Below, in pieces: positions 52,011-61,703 of a stretch of 64,000 nucleotides of DNA. The stretch covers positions 7,767-71,766 of the forward strand of contig DASUPO010000113.1 of NCBI GenBank assembly GCA_036281075.1. Reading direction: 5' to 3'. Each line of letters starts with the position of its first letter. The stretch's first letter is position 1. The translations under genes were made by a program, and so were the position numbers. The notes beneath the pieces were generated by a model, which saw only the letters and a list, made by a program, of their open reading frames with translations, ran no database searches and was not told where the DNA came from. This DNA comes from Actinomycetota bacterium. GTDB taxonomy: Bacteria > Actinomycetota > UBA4738 > HRBIN12.

Positions 52011-53681
52011 ATGACGGACATGGAGCCTCGGCACGTGCGAGAGGTGCGGGCGCCCAAGGGGACCGAGCTGTCCTGCCGCTCGTGGCCGCAGGAGGCCGCG
52101 CTGCGGATGCTGATGAACAACCTCGATCCCGACGTCGCCGAACGTCCCGAGGACCTCGTCGTCTACGGCGGCACCGGCCGCGCGGCCCGCTCGTGGGAGG
52201 CGTTCGACGCGATCGTCCGGTCGCTGCGGGACCTTGGCGACGACGAGACGCTCCTCGTGCAGTCCGGCAAGCCGGTCGGGGTGTTCCGGACCCACGAGAT
52301 GGCGCCGCGCGTGTTGATCTCGAACGCGATGCTGGTGCCGAAATGGGCGGACTGGGACACGTTCCGGGAGCTCGAGCAGGCGGGACTCACGATGTACGGC
52401 CAGATGACGGCCGGATCGTGGATCTACATCGGCACCCAGGGGATCCTGCAGGGAACCTACGAGACCCTCGCCGAGTGCGCGGCCCAACGCTTCGACGGCA
52501 CGCTCGCGGGCACGGTCACGCTCACCGGCGGGCTCGGCGGGATGGGCGGCGCCCAGCCGCTCGCCGTCACGATGAACGGCGGCGTCGCGATCTGCATCGA
52601 GGTCGACCCGACGCGGATCGAGCGCCGGATCAAGACGAGGTACCTCGACCGCGAGACGGCGTCGATCGACGAGGCGCTGCGCTGGGTCGAGGAGGCGAAG
52701 GCCGCGCGGGAGCCGCTCTCGATCGGGTTGCTCGGCAACTGCGCCGAGATCGAGCCCGACCTGCTCGCGCGCGGCTTCCGGCCGGAGATCGTGACGGACC
52801 AGACGAGCGCCCACGATCCGCTCGGGGGCTACGTGCCCGCCGGGACGTCGCTCGCGGACGCGGCGGCGTTGCGGGATTCGGATCCCGAGGAGTACGAGCG
52901 GCGGTCGTTCGCCTCGATGGCCCGCCACGTCGAGGCGATGGTCGGCTTCCTCGACGCCGGCTCGGTCGTATTCGACTACGGGAACAACCTGCGCGCGGGC
53001 GCCGAGGCCGGCGGCTTCGGTCGCGCCTACGCCTACCCGGGTTTCGTCCCCGCGTTCGTTCGGCCGATGTTCTGCGAGGGCAAGGGCCCGTTCCGCTGGG
53101 CGGCGCTCTCCGGTGACCCCGAGGACATCGAGAAGACGGACCACGCCGTCGCGGAGCTGTTCCCGGACGACGAGCGGCTCCACCGGTGGCTCGAGATGGC
53201 CCAGCAGCGGGTCGCGTACCAGGGGCTGCCCGCGCGGATCTGCTGGCTCGGCTACGGGCAGCGCGCGAAGGCCGGGCTCCGCTTCAACGAGATGGTGGCG
53301 AGCGGCGAGCTGTCGGCCCCCATCGTGATCGGGAGGGATCACCTCGACAGCGGCTCGGTCGCATCCCCGTACCGCGAGACCGAGGGCATGAAGGACGGCT
53401 CCGACGCGATCGCCGACTGGCCGATCCTGAACGCGTTGATCAACACGGCGGCCGGCGCCCACTGGGTGAGCGTCCATCACGGCGGCGGCGTGGGGATCGG
53501 CTACGCGATCCACGCGGGCATGGTGGTCGTCGCCGACGGCAGCGAGAACGCCGCCGAGCGGCTGGACCGTGTGCTCACCACCGACCCGGGCACCGGGGTG
53601 ATCCGCCATGCGGACGCCGGCTACGAGCGGGCGCTCGAGGTCGCGGCCGCCCGTGGCGTGCGGCTCCCATGGCGCGACTGA
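52011..53681 (+). CDS. hutU: Urocanate hydratase
   Basis: [24 protein letters not shown]...[13 protein letters not shown]... The start is taken at the ATG after GGAGG; the track ORF starts at 51978. Confidence 0.95.
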   Translation: MTDMEPRHVREVRAPKGTELSCRSWPQEAALRMLMNNLDPDVAERPEDLVVYGGTGRAARSWEAFDAIVRSLRDLGDDETLLVQSGKPVGVFRTHEMAPRVLISNAMLVPKWADWDTFRELEQAGLTMYGQMTAGSWIYIGTQGILQGTYETLAECAAQRFDGTLAGTVTLTGGLGGMGGAQPLAVTMNGGVAICIEVDPTRIERRIKTRYLDRETASIDEALRWVEEAKAAREPLSIGLLGNCAEIEPDLLARGFRPEIVTDQTSAHDPLGGYVPAGTSLADAAALRDSDPEEYERRSFASMARHVEAMVGFLDAGSVVFDYGNNLRAGAEAGGFGRAYAYPGFVPAFVRPMFCEGKGPFRWAALSGDPEDIEKTDHAVAELFPDDERLHRWLEMAQQRVAYQGLPARICWLGYGQRAKAGLRFNEMVASGELSAPIVIGRDHLDSGSVASPYRETEGMKDGSDAIADWPILNALINTAAGAHWVSVHHGGGVGIGYAIHAGMVVVADGSENAAERLDRVLTTDPGTGVIRHADAGYERALEVAAARGVRLPWRD

Positions 53682-53721
53682 GTTCGCGGATGCGGAGGAT
53701 CTGGGCGGTAGGCTCGGCCGC

Positions 53722-54672
53722 ATGAAGGTGATCGAGCACCTCGCGAACGCCACGCGGCCGCTCGTGAGCGTCGAGATCATCCCGCCGCGGCGCGGCAGGG
53801 ATGTCCAGCGGATCTACGACGCCGTCGAGTCGCTGTTGCCCTACGAGCCGCCGTTCATCGACATCACGAGCCATGCGGCCGAGACGATCTGGGAGGAGAC
53901 GCCCGACGGCACCTGGATGCGCCGCGTCACCCGGAAGGCGCCTGGGACGTTCGGCCTGTGCGCCGCGATCAAGCATCGGTTCGGCGTCGATCCCGTTCCG
54001 CACGTCCTGTGCAACGGGTTCACGCGCGAGGAGACCGAGGACGCCCTGATCGAGCTCCACTACCTCGGGATCGAGAACGTCCTGGCGATCCGCGGCGACG
54101 GCGAGCGGCGCGAACAACCGGATCACCGGACCGTCAACGCCGACGCGCTCGAGCTGGTCGGGCAGATCGCCGCCATGAACCGAGGCGAATACCTCGAGGA
54201 CCTCGAGGAGGCGACGCCGACCGACTTCTGCCTCGGTGTCGCGTGCTACCCCGAGAAGCACGAGGAGGCGCCGAACCTCGAGCGCGACATCGCGTTCCTG
54301 GTGGAGAAGCAACGAGCCGGCGCCGAGTACGCGGTGACCCAGCTCTTCTACGACAACGAGGCCTACTTCGCGTTCGTGAAGGCCGTGCGGAACCAGGGCG
54401 TCACGATCCCGATCGTGCCGGGGCTCAAGCTGCTGACGCGACGTTCGCACGTGACCTCGATCCCGCGGGCGTTCAACGTCTCCGTGCCGGAGGCCCTCGT
54501 GGCGGAGGTCGCGGCGGTGCCCGACGAGCGGATCGCCGACGTCGGCATCGAGTGGGCGCTCCGACAGACCATGCAGCTGTTCGAGCAGGGCGTGCCGTCC
54601 GCGCACTTCTACGTGATGCAGGACACGGGGCCGCTCGTTCGCTTGATGGAGCGGTTGCGACCCGAACTGTGA
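53722..54672 (+). CDS. metF: Methylenetetrahydrofolate reductase
   Basis: VSVEIIPPR ... VLAIRGD ... AEYAVTQLFYD ... IVPGL. This is the internal ATG of track ORF 53608..54672. Confidence 0.9.
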   Translation: MKVIEHLANATRPLVSVEIIPPRRGRDVQRIYDAVESLLPYEPPFIDITSHAAETIWEETPDGTWMRRVTRKAPGTFGLCAAIKHRFGVDPVPHVLCNGFTREETEDALIELHYLGIENVLAIRGDGERREQPDHRTVNADALELVGQIAAMNRGEYLEDLEEATPTDFCLGVACYPEKHEEAPNLERDIAFLVEKQRAGAEYAVTQLFYDNEAYFAFVKAVRNQGVTIPIVPGLKLLTRRSHVTSIPRAFNVSVPEALVAEVAAVPDERIADVGIEWALRQTMQLFEQGVPSAHFYVMQDTGPLVRLMERLRPEL

Positions 54673-54706
54673 GGTCGGTTCCGGGCCGGGTAGTAGCCTG
54701 CGCGCC

Positions 54707-56233
54707 GTGACGGTCGCGGTCGGAGAGTCGCTCACGCTGGCCGACGTGACTGCGGTCGCGGCCGGGGACGAGGTGACGTTCCCCGCTCGCGCGCGGGAGC
54801 GGGTCGCGGCCGCGCGCGCGGTGATCGAGCGGGCCGTCGCATCCGGTGAGGTCGTCTACGGCGTGACGACCGGCTTCGGCGCGCTGGCGAACGTCCGCAT
54901 CGATCCCGCGCAGGCCGCCGACCTCCAGCACGGCATCGTGCGGTCGCACGCGACAGCCGTCGGGCGGCCGCTTTCGCTCCCGGAGGCCCGGGCGATGCTC
55001 CTGCTGCGCGCGCACGTCCTCGCGCTCGGTCACTCGGGGGTTCGGCCCGAGCTCGTGGACCGGATGGTGGACATGTTGAACGAGGGCGTGATCCCGGCGG
55101 TCCCCGAGCAGGGGTCGCTGGGCGCGTCGGGCGACCTCGCGCCCCTCGCGAACCTCGCGCTGCCGCTGATCGGGGCCGGCGAGGTGCTGGCGGAGAGCGG
55201 GACCGAGCCTGCGGACGCCGCGCTGCGACGCGCCGGCCTGACGCCGCTCACGTTGGAAGCGAAGGAGGGCCTCGCGCTGGTGAACGGCACGCAGGGCATG
55301 GTTGCGGTCGGGGCACTGGCGGCGGGTCGCCTCTCGACGCTGCTGAGGACGGCGGACGTGGTCGCTGCGATGACGATCGAGGCCGCACTCGGGACCGACG
55401 CACCGTTCGACTACCGGCTCCAGCGCCTCCGCCCGCATCCGGGGCAGGCGGTGAGCGCGTCGAACCTCCGCCTCCTGCTGGACGCATCGCCGATCCTTGC
55501 GTCGCACCGGGACAGCGAGCATCTCGTCCAGGACGCGTACTCCCTCCGCTGCGCCCCGCAGGTCCACGGTGCCACCCGCGACGCGCTCGCGTTCGCCGAG
55601 AGCGTCCTCGAGACCGAGGTGAACGCGATCTCCGACAACCCGATCGTGCTGCCCGACGACGGCGACATCGTGTCCGGCGGGAACTTCCACGGACAGCCGG
55701 TGGCGGTGGCGATGGACGCGCTCGCCGCGGCGACCGTCGGGACGGCGAGCATCAGCGAACGGCGGCTCTATCGCCTCCTCGACCCGGCGCTGTCGAACGG
55801 CCTGCCGCCGTTCCTCGTGCCGGAGAGCGGGCTGAACAGCGGGTTCATGCTCGTGCAGTACACGGCGGCCTCGCTCGTGTCCGAGTCGAAGTCACTCGCG
55901 CATCCGGCGTCGGTCGATTCGATCCCGTCGTCGGCGGGCCAGGAGGACCACGTGTCGATGGGGATGACCGCGGCGCGGCACGCGCGCGAGGTGGTATCGA
56001 ACGCGGAGACGGTGGTGGCGCTCGAGGCGCTGGGCGCCGCGCAGGCGTTGGACCTGCGGGCGCCGCTCGAGCCCGGGCCCGCCACGCGAGCGGTCCTCGC
56101 GTCGTTGCGGGCCGCCGTCCCGTTCTACGAGGCGGATCGGGAGTTCGGACCCGACATCGATGCGGCCGTGGCGCTCGTGCGCGCCGGCGAGCTCGTGGTG
56201 GCGGCGGAGTCCGTGACGGGACCGCTCGCCTAG
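54707..56233 (+). CDS. hutH: Histidine ammonia-lyase
   Basis: YGVTTGFGALA ... GSLGASGDLAPLA (MIO-forming ASG) ... QEDHVSMG. Confidence 0.95.
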   Translation: MTVAVGESLTLADVTAVAAGDEVTFPARARERVAAARAVIERAVASGEVVYGVTTGFGALANVRIDPAQAADLQHGIVRSHATAVGRPLSLPEARAMLLLRAHVLALGHSGVRPELVDRMVDMLNEGVIPAVPEQGSLGASGDLAPLANLALPLIGAGEVLAESGTEPADAALRRAGLTPLTLEAKEGLALVNGTQGMVAVGALAAGRLSTLLRTADVVAAMTIEAALGTDAPFDYRLQRLRPHPGQAVSASNLRLLLDASPILASHRDSEHLVQDAYSLRCAPQVHGATRDALAFAESVLETEVNAISDNPIVLPDDGDIVSGGNFHGQPVAVAMDALAAATVGTASISERRLYRLLDPALSNGLPPFLVPESGLNSGFMLVQYTAASLVSESKSLAHPASVDSIPSSAGQEDHVSMGMTAARHAREVVSNAETVVALEALGAAQALDLRAPLEPGPATRAVLASLRAAVPFYEADREFGPDIDAAVALVRAGELVVAAESVTGPLA

Positions 56234-57048
56234 TCGGCCGCTGTAGAGATCGACGGTGCTTTCGGCGCCATCGCAAGCTCGAAGAGGTAACGCTTCGTGA
56301 TCCTTCCCCCGAAGCTGGTCTCCATCAGGTGAGCGATGCAGTCGAGGAGACGTCCGAGGGTTCGGCGATCCAGAGCTCTGTGTCCGGAATAGGTCATCAG
56401 GAGACGCTGGTAGCCATCGGTCGTGTACTCCCGCTCCCATGCCACCCTTTCGACGGCGACCGGACCGAACGAGCCGTGCGATCCCTCGAACTCGTGCACG
56501 CTCGTCGGGACGTCTTCCTCCCTCGGGAGCCGCGGGCCGGGAGGCGTCGAGGGGTCGAACCGCTCGTAGCAGGACTGAGCCTCCTCGAAGAAGTCGTCCG
56601 ACCCTCCAGCGACGTGATGCGTCGAAAGGATGGCCAGCGACCCGCCGACGCGCAGGACCTGGGCAGCCTTGGAGATCCGAACGCCGGGATCCAGCCAATG
56701 GAACGACGTGGCAGCCACCACGGCGTCGAACGGCTCGACCGGGGACGGCCACGCCTCGAACGTCGTGACTTCGACGGTGACGTGCGGGAACGCTGAGAGC
56801 TTGCGGCGGGCGATCTCGGCCATCGCGGGTCCGGGCTCGAGTGCGATGACCCGGTATCCGCGCCCGGCGAGGGCGACGGTCGCCTGTCCCGTTCCGGCTC
56901 CGATCTCGAGCACCCGGGAGTCTGGGCTCAGCTGCGCCCCGGACGCGAGGGCATCGAACAGAGCGTCCGGATAGGTCGGGCGCATCGCGTCGTAGAGCGC
57001 GGGATCCTGATCGAAGATCGTGCCTCGTGGCTGGTTCTCGCCGGTCAT
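56230..57048 (-). CDS. Class I SAM-dependent methyltransferase
   Basis: VLEIGAGTGQAT (motif I) ... VVAATSFHW. The ATG overlaps the hutI stop (ATGA). Confidence 0.8.
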   Translation of the reverse strand: MTGENQPRGTIFDQDPALYDAMRPTYPDALFDALASGAQLSPDSRVLEIGAGTGQATVALAGRGYRVIALEPGPAMAEIARRKLSAFPHVTVEVTTFEAWPSPVEPFDAVVAATSFHWLDPGVRISKAAQVLRVGGSLAILSTHHVAGGSDDFFEEAQSCYERFDPSTPPGPRLPREEDVPTSVHEFEGSHGSFGPVAVERVAWEREYTTDGYQRLLMTYSGHRALDRRTLGRLLDCIAHLMETSFGGRITKRYLFELAMAPKAPSISTAAD

Positions 57049-58304
57049 GATCGCTCACCGCGGGTCGGCATGGATCCGTCTCGATGCTCCACGACGTCGC
57101 CTCCGATCACCGTCGCCGTGACCGGGTCGTGGCCGGGGCGGTAGGGGACGTGGGCGAACGTCGGCCCGTCCAGGAGGAGGACGTCGGCGCGCTTGCCGAC
57201 TTCGAGCGTGCCGAGCCGATTGTGCAGGCCCAGGACCCAGGCAGGGTTCGCGGTGGCGGCCACGAGTGCCTCGGTCGGCGACATCGCGTAGAGGGAGCAC
57301 GCGAACGCGATCGCCTCGGGCATCGAGCAGACCGGCGATGTCCCCGGGTTCAGGTCCGTCGCGATCGCGAGGGCGGCGCCGGCGTCCCGGAGCGCAGCGA
57401 CGGGCGGCGGCGGCGCCCGGAGGGTGAACGTCGAGGCGGGGAGCAGGACCGCCGCGGTGTCGGCACCACCGAGCGCCGCGACGCCCGCCTCGCTCACGTG
57501 GTTGAGGTGGTCCACGCTCCGCGCTCCCAGCGGGGCGGCGGCCTCGGCCGCCCCGCTCGGCCCCAGCTGGTCCGCGTGCACACGGAGCGGCAGACCCGCG
57601 GCCGAGGCCGCCGCCGCCACCCGCTCGAGGTCCTCCAGCGAGAACGCGATGTCCTCGACGTAGATGTCCACCGCGTCCGCGAGCGAGTCCGCGGCGGCCG
57701 CGGGGATCAGCTCGTCGCACGCGACGCCGACCCACTCCTCGCGCGACCGGCCCTCGGGGACCGCGTGCCACGCGAGCAGCGTCACCGCGCAGGTCTGCGC
57801 GGCGGCGTCTGCGAGCCGTCGCGCGAGCCGGAGCTGCCGGAGCTCGCCCTCCACGCTCAGCCCGTAGCCGCTCTTCAGCTCGGTCGCGGTCGTCCCGAGG
57901 CCGGCCATCTCGCCGAGCAAGGCCTTCGAGAACGCGAGCACCTCCTCGTCCTCGGCCTCGGCGAGCATCCGGGCGGAACGGAAGATGCCGCCCTCGCGGC
58001 CGTGGAGGTCGCGGTACGAGACGCCGGCCAGGCGCGCCTCGTACTCGTCCGCGCGCCAGCCGACGAACGGGAGGTGCACGTGGCAGTCCACGAACCCGGG
58101 AACAATCGTGCCCTCGTCGACGCGGCCGAGCGTGACGGGCTCCTCGGGGAGGTCGTCAGCAGGACCGACGAACACGATCGTGCCGTCGTCGTCCCAGGAG
58201 ACCGCGCCGGGCGAGAACACCTCGGCGGTGGCGGCGGCGCCTCGCGCGGGGAGCGGTCCTCGGGCGGTCGCGAGCGTCGCCGCCACCGCCGCCCCGCGCG
58301 CCAT
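57045..58304 (-). CDS. hutI: Imidazolonepropionase
   Basis: PGFVDCHVHLPF ... ELKSGYGL ... VHADQL ... DHL ... ATDLNPG. Confidence 0.9.
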   Translation of the reverse strand: MARGAAVAATLATARGPLPARGAAATAEVFSPGAVSWDDDGTIVFVGPADDLPEEPVTLGRVDEGTIVPGFVDCHVHLPFVGWRADEYEARLAGVSYRDLHGREGGIFRSARMLAEAEDEEVLAFSKALLGEMAGLGTTATELKSGYGLSVEGELRQLRLARRLADAAAQTCAVTLLAWHAVPEGRSREEWVGVACDELIPAAAADSLADAVDIYVEDIAFSLEDLERVAAAASAAGLPLRVHADQLGPSGAAEAAAPLGARSVDHLNHVSEAGVAALGGADTAAVLLPASTFTLRAPPPPVAALRDAGAALAIATDLNPGTSPVCSMPEAIAFACSLYAMSPTEALVAATANPAWVLGLHNRLGTLEVGKRADVLLLDGPTFAHVPYRPGHDPVTATVIGGDVVEHRDGSMPTRGERS

Positions 58305-58327
58305 CGGCCCAGCGTATCCGCGCTAGG

Positions 58328-58435
58328 GTGGGCGGAGCAGGGGAGCCCGCACGGGCTGAGAGGCGAGCGCCGAACCCGCAGCGCGCTCGCGACCCTTCGA
58401 ACCTGATCCGGCTCGTACCGGCGGAGGGAGCGCAC
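58328..58435 (+). promoter_or_regulatory. TPP (THI-box) riboswitch
   Basis: AGGGGAGCCCGCACGGGCTGAGA (CTGAGA at 58356-58361) ... ACCCTTCGAACCTGATCCGGCTCGTACCGGCGGAGGGAG. This matches the conserved CUGAGA and ACCCnnnGAACCUGAUCnGG...CCnGCGnAGGGA cores. The 3' arm contains the SD (GGAGGGAG) 6 nt before ATG 58437. Confidence 0.85.
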
Positions 58436-58436
58436 G

Positions 58437-59825
58437 ATGGCGACGGACACGACCCAGGGCGGAGGCGGCCCACCCGCCGTCCCCTCGAGCATCGCGCCGA
58501 TCCCGGTGGAGCGCCGGACGCTGTCGGCCTTCGACGTGGGGATCCTCTGGAACGACCTCTCGCTCGGCCTCCTCGTCCTCGTGACCGGCGGCTTGCTCGT
58601 GCCCGCCCTCGAGATCGGTGACGCGTACGCGGCGATCGCGATTGGGACGGTGCTCGGATGCGCCCCCCTCGCCGCGGTCGCGCTCGCGGGAGCGCGCGAG
58701 GGGCTCCCCGCGATGGTCCTCTTCCGGCCGGTCCTGGGCCGGGTCGGATCGTTCGCTCCCTCGCTCCTGAACGTCGCGCAGCTCGTGGGATGGACGGCCG
58801 TTGAGTTCTGGGCGATGGGACGGCTGGCGAACTCCCTGTCGATCGACCTCCTCGACACGGACGCGTTCGCGCTGTGGCTCGCGCTCGTCGCGGCCGGGTG
58901 CACCTGGCTCGCGGTCGGGGGGCCCGTGCTGGTCGTGAAGCGCTTCCTCGAGCGATTCGGGACGTGGATCGTGCTCGCGAGCGGCATCGGACTCACGGCG
59001 GCGCTCATCGCGGAGCCGACACCGGTCGAGGGCTGGGATGACGGGACCGGCGGACTCCCGTTCTGGCTCGCCGTCGACCTCGTGATCGTGATGCCGATCT
59101 CGTGGCTGCCGTTGGTCGCCGATTCGACGCGGTTCGCCCGGCGCGCCCGAGGCGTGTTCGGAGCGACCTACGCCGGGTACGCGCTCGGGAACGTGTGGTT
59201 CTACGGCCTAGGCGCGGTGCTGGTCCTGCACGCGAGCGCCTCTCCTGACGCGGTCGGCATGGGCGGCGCGATCGCGGGTCTGGCTGGAGGGACGGCGCTG
59301 GTGCTCGGCCTCCTCGTCGGCGAGGCGCCGAACGCGTTCGCGAACGTCTACTCGGCGGCGGTGTCGGCATTGAACGTCGTGCCCCGCGTGCCCGCGACGG
59401 TCCTCGCCATCATCACGGGCGCCGTGGCGTTCCTCCTCGCGCTCGTTGTGACGATGGAGCGCTACGAGGTCTTCCTCTTCCTGATCGGCTCGGTCTTCGT
59501 GCCCCTCGCCGGCATCTTCGTCGCCGACTACTTCGTTCTCGCGCGAGGGCGCTACGGCGCCGACCTCGTCTTCGGTCGGCAGGTGGAGCCCGTCCGCTGG
59601 CGGGCGCTGGTCCCATGGCTCGCCGGCTTCGTCCTCTACCACTGGAGCGTCCCGACGGGGCCCGAAGGCTGGATCGAGGGCGTCGAGGGTCTGTTTACGT
59701 CGCTCGGCCTGCCGTTCCCGCTCCTCGACTCCCGGCTCGGCGCCAGCCTGCCGAGCTTCGCGGTCGCGTTCGCGCTAACGCTCGCGGTCCGCCCTCGGCG
59801 GATCGCGTCCGTCGAGGCCGACTAG
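58437..59825 (+). CDS. cytX: NCS1-family permease, CytX-like (putative hydroxymethylpyrimidine/thiamin-precursor transporter)
   Basis: 462 aa, about 12 TM. Located directly behind a TPP riboswitch. The N-terminal ERRTLSAFDVGILW... pattern is NCS1/CytX-like. Confidence 0.8.
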   Translation: MATDTTQGGGGPPAVPSSIAPIPVERRTLSAFDVGILWNDLSLGLLVLVTGGLLVPALEIGDAYAAIAIGTVLGCAPLAAVALAGAREGLPAMVLFRPVLGRVGSFAPSLLNVAQLVGWTAVEFWAMGRLANSLSIDLLDTDAFALWLALVAAGCTWLAVGGPVLVVKRFLERFGTWIVLASGIGLTAALIAEPTPVEGWDDGTGGLPFWLAVDLVIVMPISWLPLVADSTRFARRARGVFGATYAGYALGNVWFYGLGAVLVLHASASPDAVGMGGAIAGLAGGTALVLGLLVGEAPNAFANVYSAAVSALNVVPRVPATVLAIITGAVAFLLALVVTMERYEVFLFLIGSVFVPLAGIFVADYFVLARGRYGADLVFGRQVEPVRWRALVPWLAGFVLYHWSVPTGPEGWIEGVEGLFTSLGLPFPLLDSRLGASLPSFAVAFALTLAVRPRRIASVEAD

Positions 59826-60157
59826 GAGGGGGAGGGCTCGCCGGGCGGCGGAGACACCACCAGCAGCACCACCGACGGCTCCTCCGAGGCGTTCCGGATC
59901 GTCAGGTCGTGCCCCGCCGGCACCTCGACGACCTCCCACTGCTTCATCCGTGCCCGCCCCTTCCCGACCTGGGTGGCGACCTCCCCGCTCAGGACGAGGA
60001 CGAGACCGTCGGCGACGTCGTCGCGGACGGGTCCGATCCCCTGTGCCCCTTCGAGGCAGACGATCTCCGACCAGAGGCGTTCGTTCTCGATCAGGGTCCG
60101 CCGGCGTGCCTCGTCCTCGGAGAAGTGCACGAGATCGCGGATGTCGAGGGTCTTCAC
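59822..60157 (-). CDS. Cupin-domain protein
   Basis: 111 aa, all-beta pattern (...GLVLVLSGEV....VEVPAGHDLTIRN...). Confidence 0.65.
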   Translation of the reverse strand: MKTLDIRDLVHFSEDEARRRTLIENERLWSEIVCLEGAQGIGPVRDDVADGLVLVLSGEVATQVGKGRARMKQWEVVEVPAGHDLTIRNASEEPSVVLLVVSPPPGEPSPS

Positions 60158-60182
60158 GCTTCCAGCGTAGCCATGTTGGGGG

Positions 60183-61703
60183 ATGCACAGGAAGGCTACA
60201 CTTCTGCGACGGTCCGCCTGGAAAGGGGCTCTTGTGACGACCTACTCGTACTCCACGGAGGCGCCGACCGGCGTGAAGGCGGGCGTGCTGATCCTCCCCG
60301 TCTTCCAGGGGCCGGACTTCGGTCCGGGCGTGACCGAGACCGGTCTCGAGCAGGCATACCGGGACGCGAAGCTCACCGGGAAGAAGGGCGAGTCCCTGCT
60401 GGTCACGAAGCGTGACGGGGATCGGTTCGCCGCCGGCGCGGTGCTCCTGCACGGCGTCGGCGAGCGGAAGGACTTCGACGTCCCGGCGATGCGGAAGTCG
60501 CTCGGACGTGTCGCCTCCTCGGTCGGCCGGTTCGGTCACGCGGCGACGACGTTCCCCCAGGCCGTGGAGGGCGACGCGGACGATGCCGTCCAGGCCGCGG
60601 CCGAGGGGCTCGGGCTCGGCGGGTACCGGTTCGATCGCTACAAGTCGAAGAACGAGCACGAGTCGCTCTCGAAGGTCACGGTGGTCGGGAACGGGGGCGC
60701 CGACCGGAAGGTGGGCCGGGACGCGGCCCGTCGGGCCGAGGTCGTGGTCGACGCCGTGTCCTGGGCCAGGGATCTCGTGAACACCCCCGCGGGGGACCTG
60801 CCGCCGGCGGAGCTCGGGCGTCAGGCGCAGGCGATGGCGAAGGCCGAGGGCCTGACGTGCAAGGTCTGGGGCGAGGCCGACCTGAAGCGCCGCGGCTTCG
60901 GCGGGATCCTCGGCGTGGGGCAGGGGAGCGTGAACCCGCCGCGGCTGATCGAGCTCACGTACACGGGCGCCGGGAAGTCCACGCCGATCGCGCTCACCGG
61001 CAAGGGGATCGCCTTCGACTCGGGCGGCCTATCGATCAAGGACGCCAAGGGTATGGAGTCGATGAAGATCGACATGGGCGGGGCCGCCTCGATCCTCGCG
61101 ACGATGAAGGCGATCGCCCGGCTGAAGCCGAAGATCAACGTGATCGCGGCGATCCCGTCCGCGGAGAACATGCCGAGCGGCTCTGCCCAGAAACCCGGCG
61201 ACGTGATCACGCACTACGGCGGGAAGACGTCCGAGGTGCTCAACACCGACGCCGAGGGGCGCCTGATCCTGGCCGACGCCCTGGCGCTGCTGGCCGAGAG
61301 GAAGCCCTCCTGCATCGTCGATACCGCGACCCTCACCGGGGCCTGCATGATCGCGCTCGGGACGGACATCACCGGCGCGATGGGCAACGACGAGGACCTC
61401 GTCGACGAGATCGTGGGAGCGGGCCGCGCCACCGGCGACTGGATCTGGCCGTTGCCGCTCCACCGGGAGTACCGGCGGCTGATCGACTCGAGCGTGGCCG
61501 ACATCAAGAACATCGGCGACCGGTGGGGAGGGGCGATCACGGCCGCGTGGTTCCTCGCGGAGTTCGTCGGCGATGTCCCCTGGGTGCACCTCGACATCGC
61601 GGGCCCCGCGTTCTCCGAGAAGGGCAACGACCTGGGCCCGAAGGGCGCGACCGGGGTGCCGGTCCGCGCCCTGGTCCGCTTCGTCCTCGACCGGGCGGCG
61701 TGA
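60183..61703 (+). CDS. pepA: Leucyl aminopeptidase (M17)
   Basis: VGKGIAFDSGG-type region (LTGKGIAFDSGGLSIK), NTDAEGRLILAD, ATLTGA. Alternative start at GTG 60234 after GAAAGGGG. Confidence 0.9.
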   Translation: MHRKATLLRRSAWKGALVTTYSYSTEAPTGVKAGVLILPVFQGPDFGPGVTETGLEQAYRDAKLTGKKGESLLVTKRDGDRFAAGAVLLHGVGERKDFDVPAMRKSLGRVASSVGRFGHAATTFPQAVEGDADDAVQAAAEGLGLGGYRFDRYKSKNEHESLSKVTVVGNGGADRKVGRDAARRAEVVVDAVSWARDLVNTPAGDLPPAELGRQAQAMAKAEGLTCKVWGEADLKRRGFGGILGVGQGSVNPPRLIELTYTGAGKSTPIALTGKGIAFDSGGLSIKDAKGMESMKIDMGGAASILATMKAIARLKPKINVIAAIPSAENMPSGSAQKPGDVITHYGGKTSEVLNTDAEGRLILADALALLAERKPSCIVDTATLTGACMIALGTDITGAMGNDEDLVDEIVGAGRATGDWIWPLPLHREYRRLIDSSVADIKNIGDRWGGAITAAWFLAEFVGDVPWVHLDIAGPAFSEKGNDLGPKGATGVPVRALVRFVLDRAA

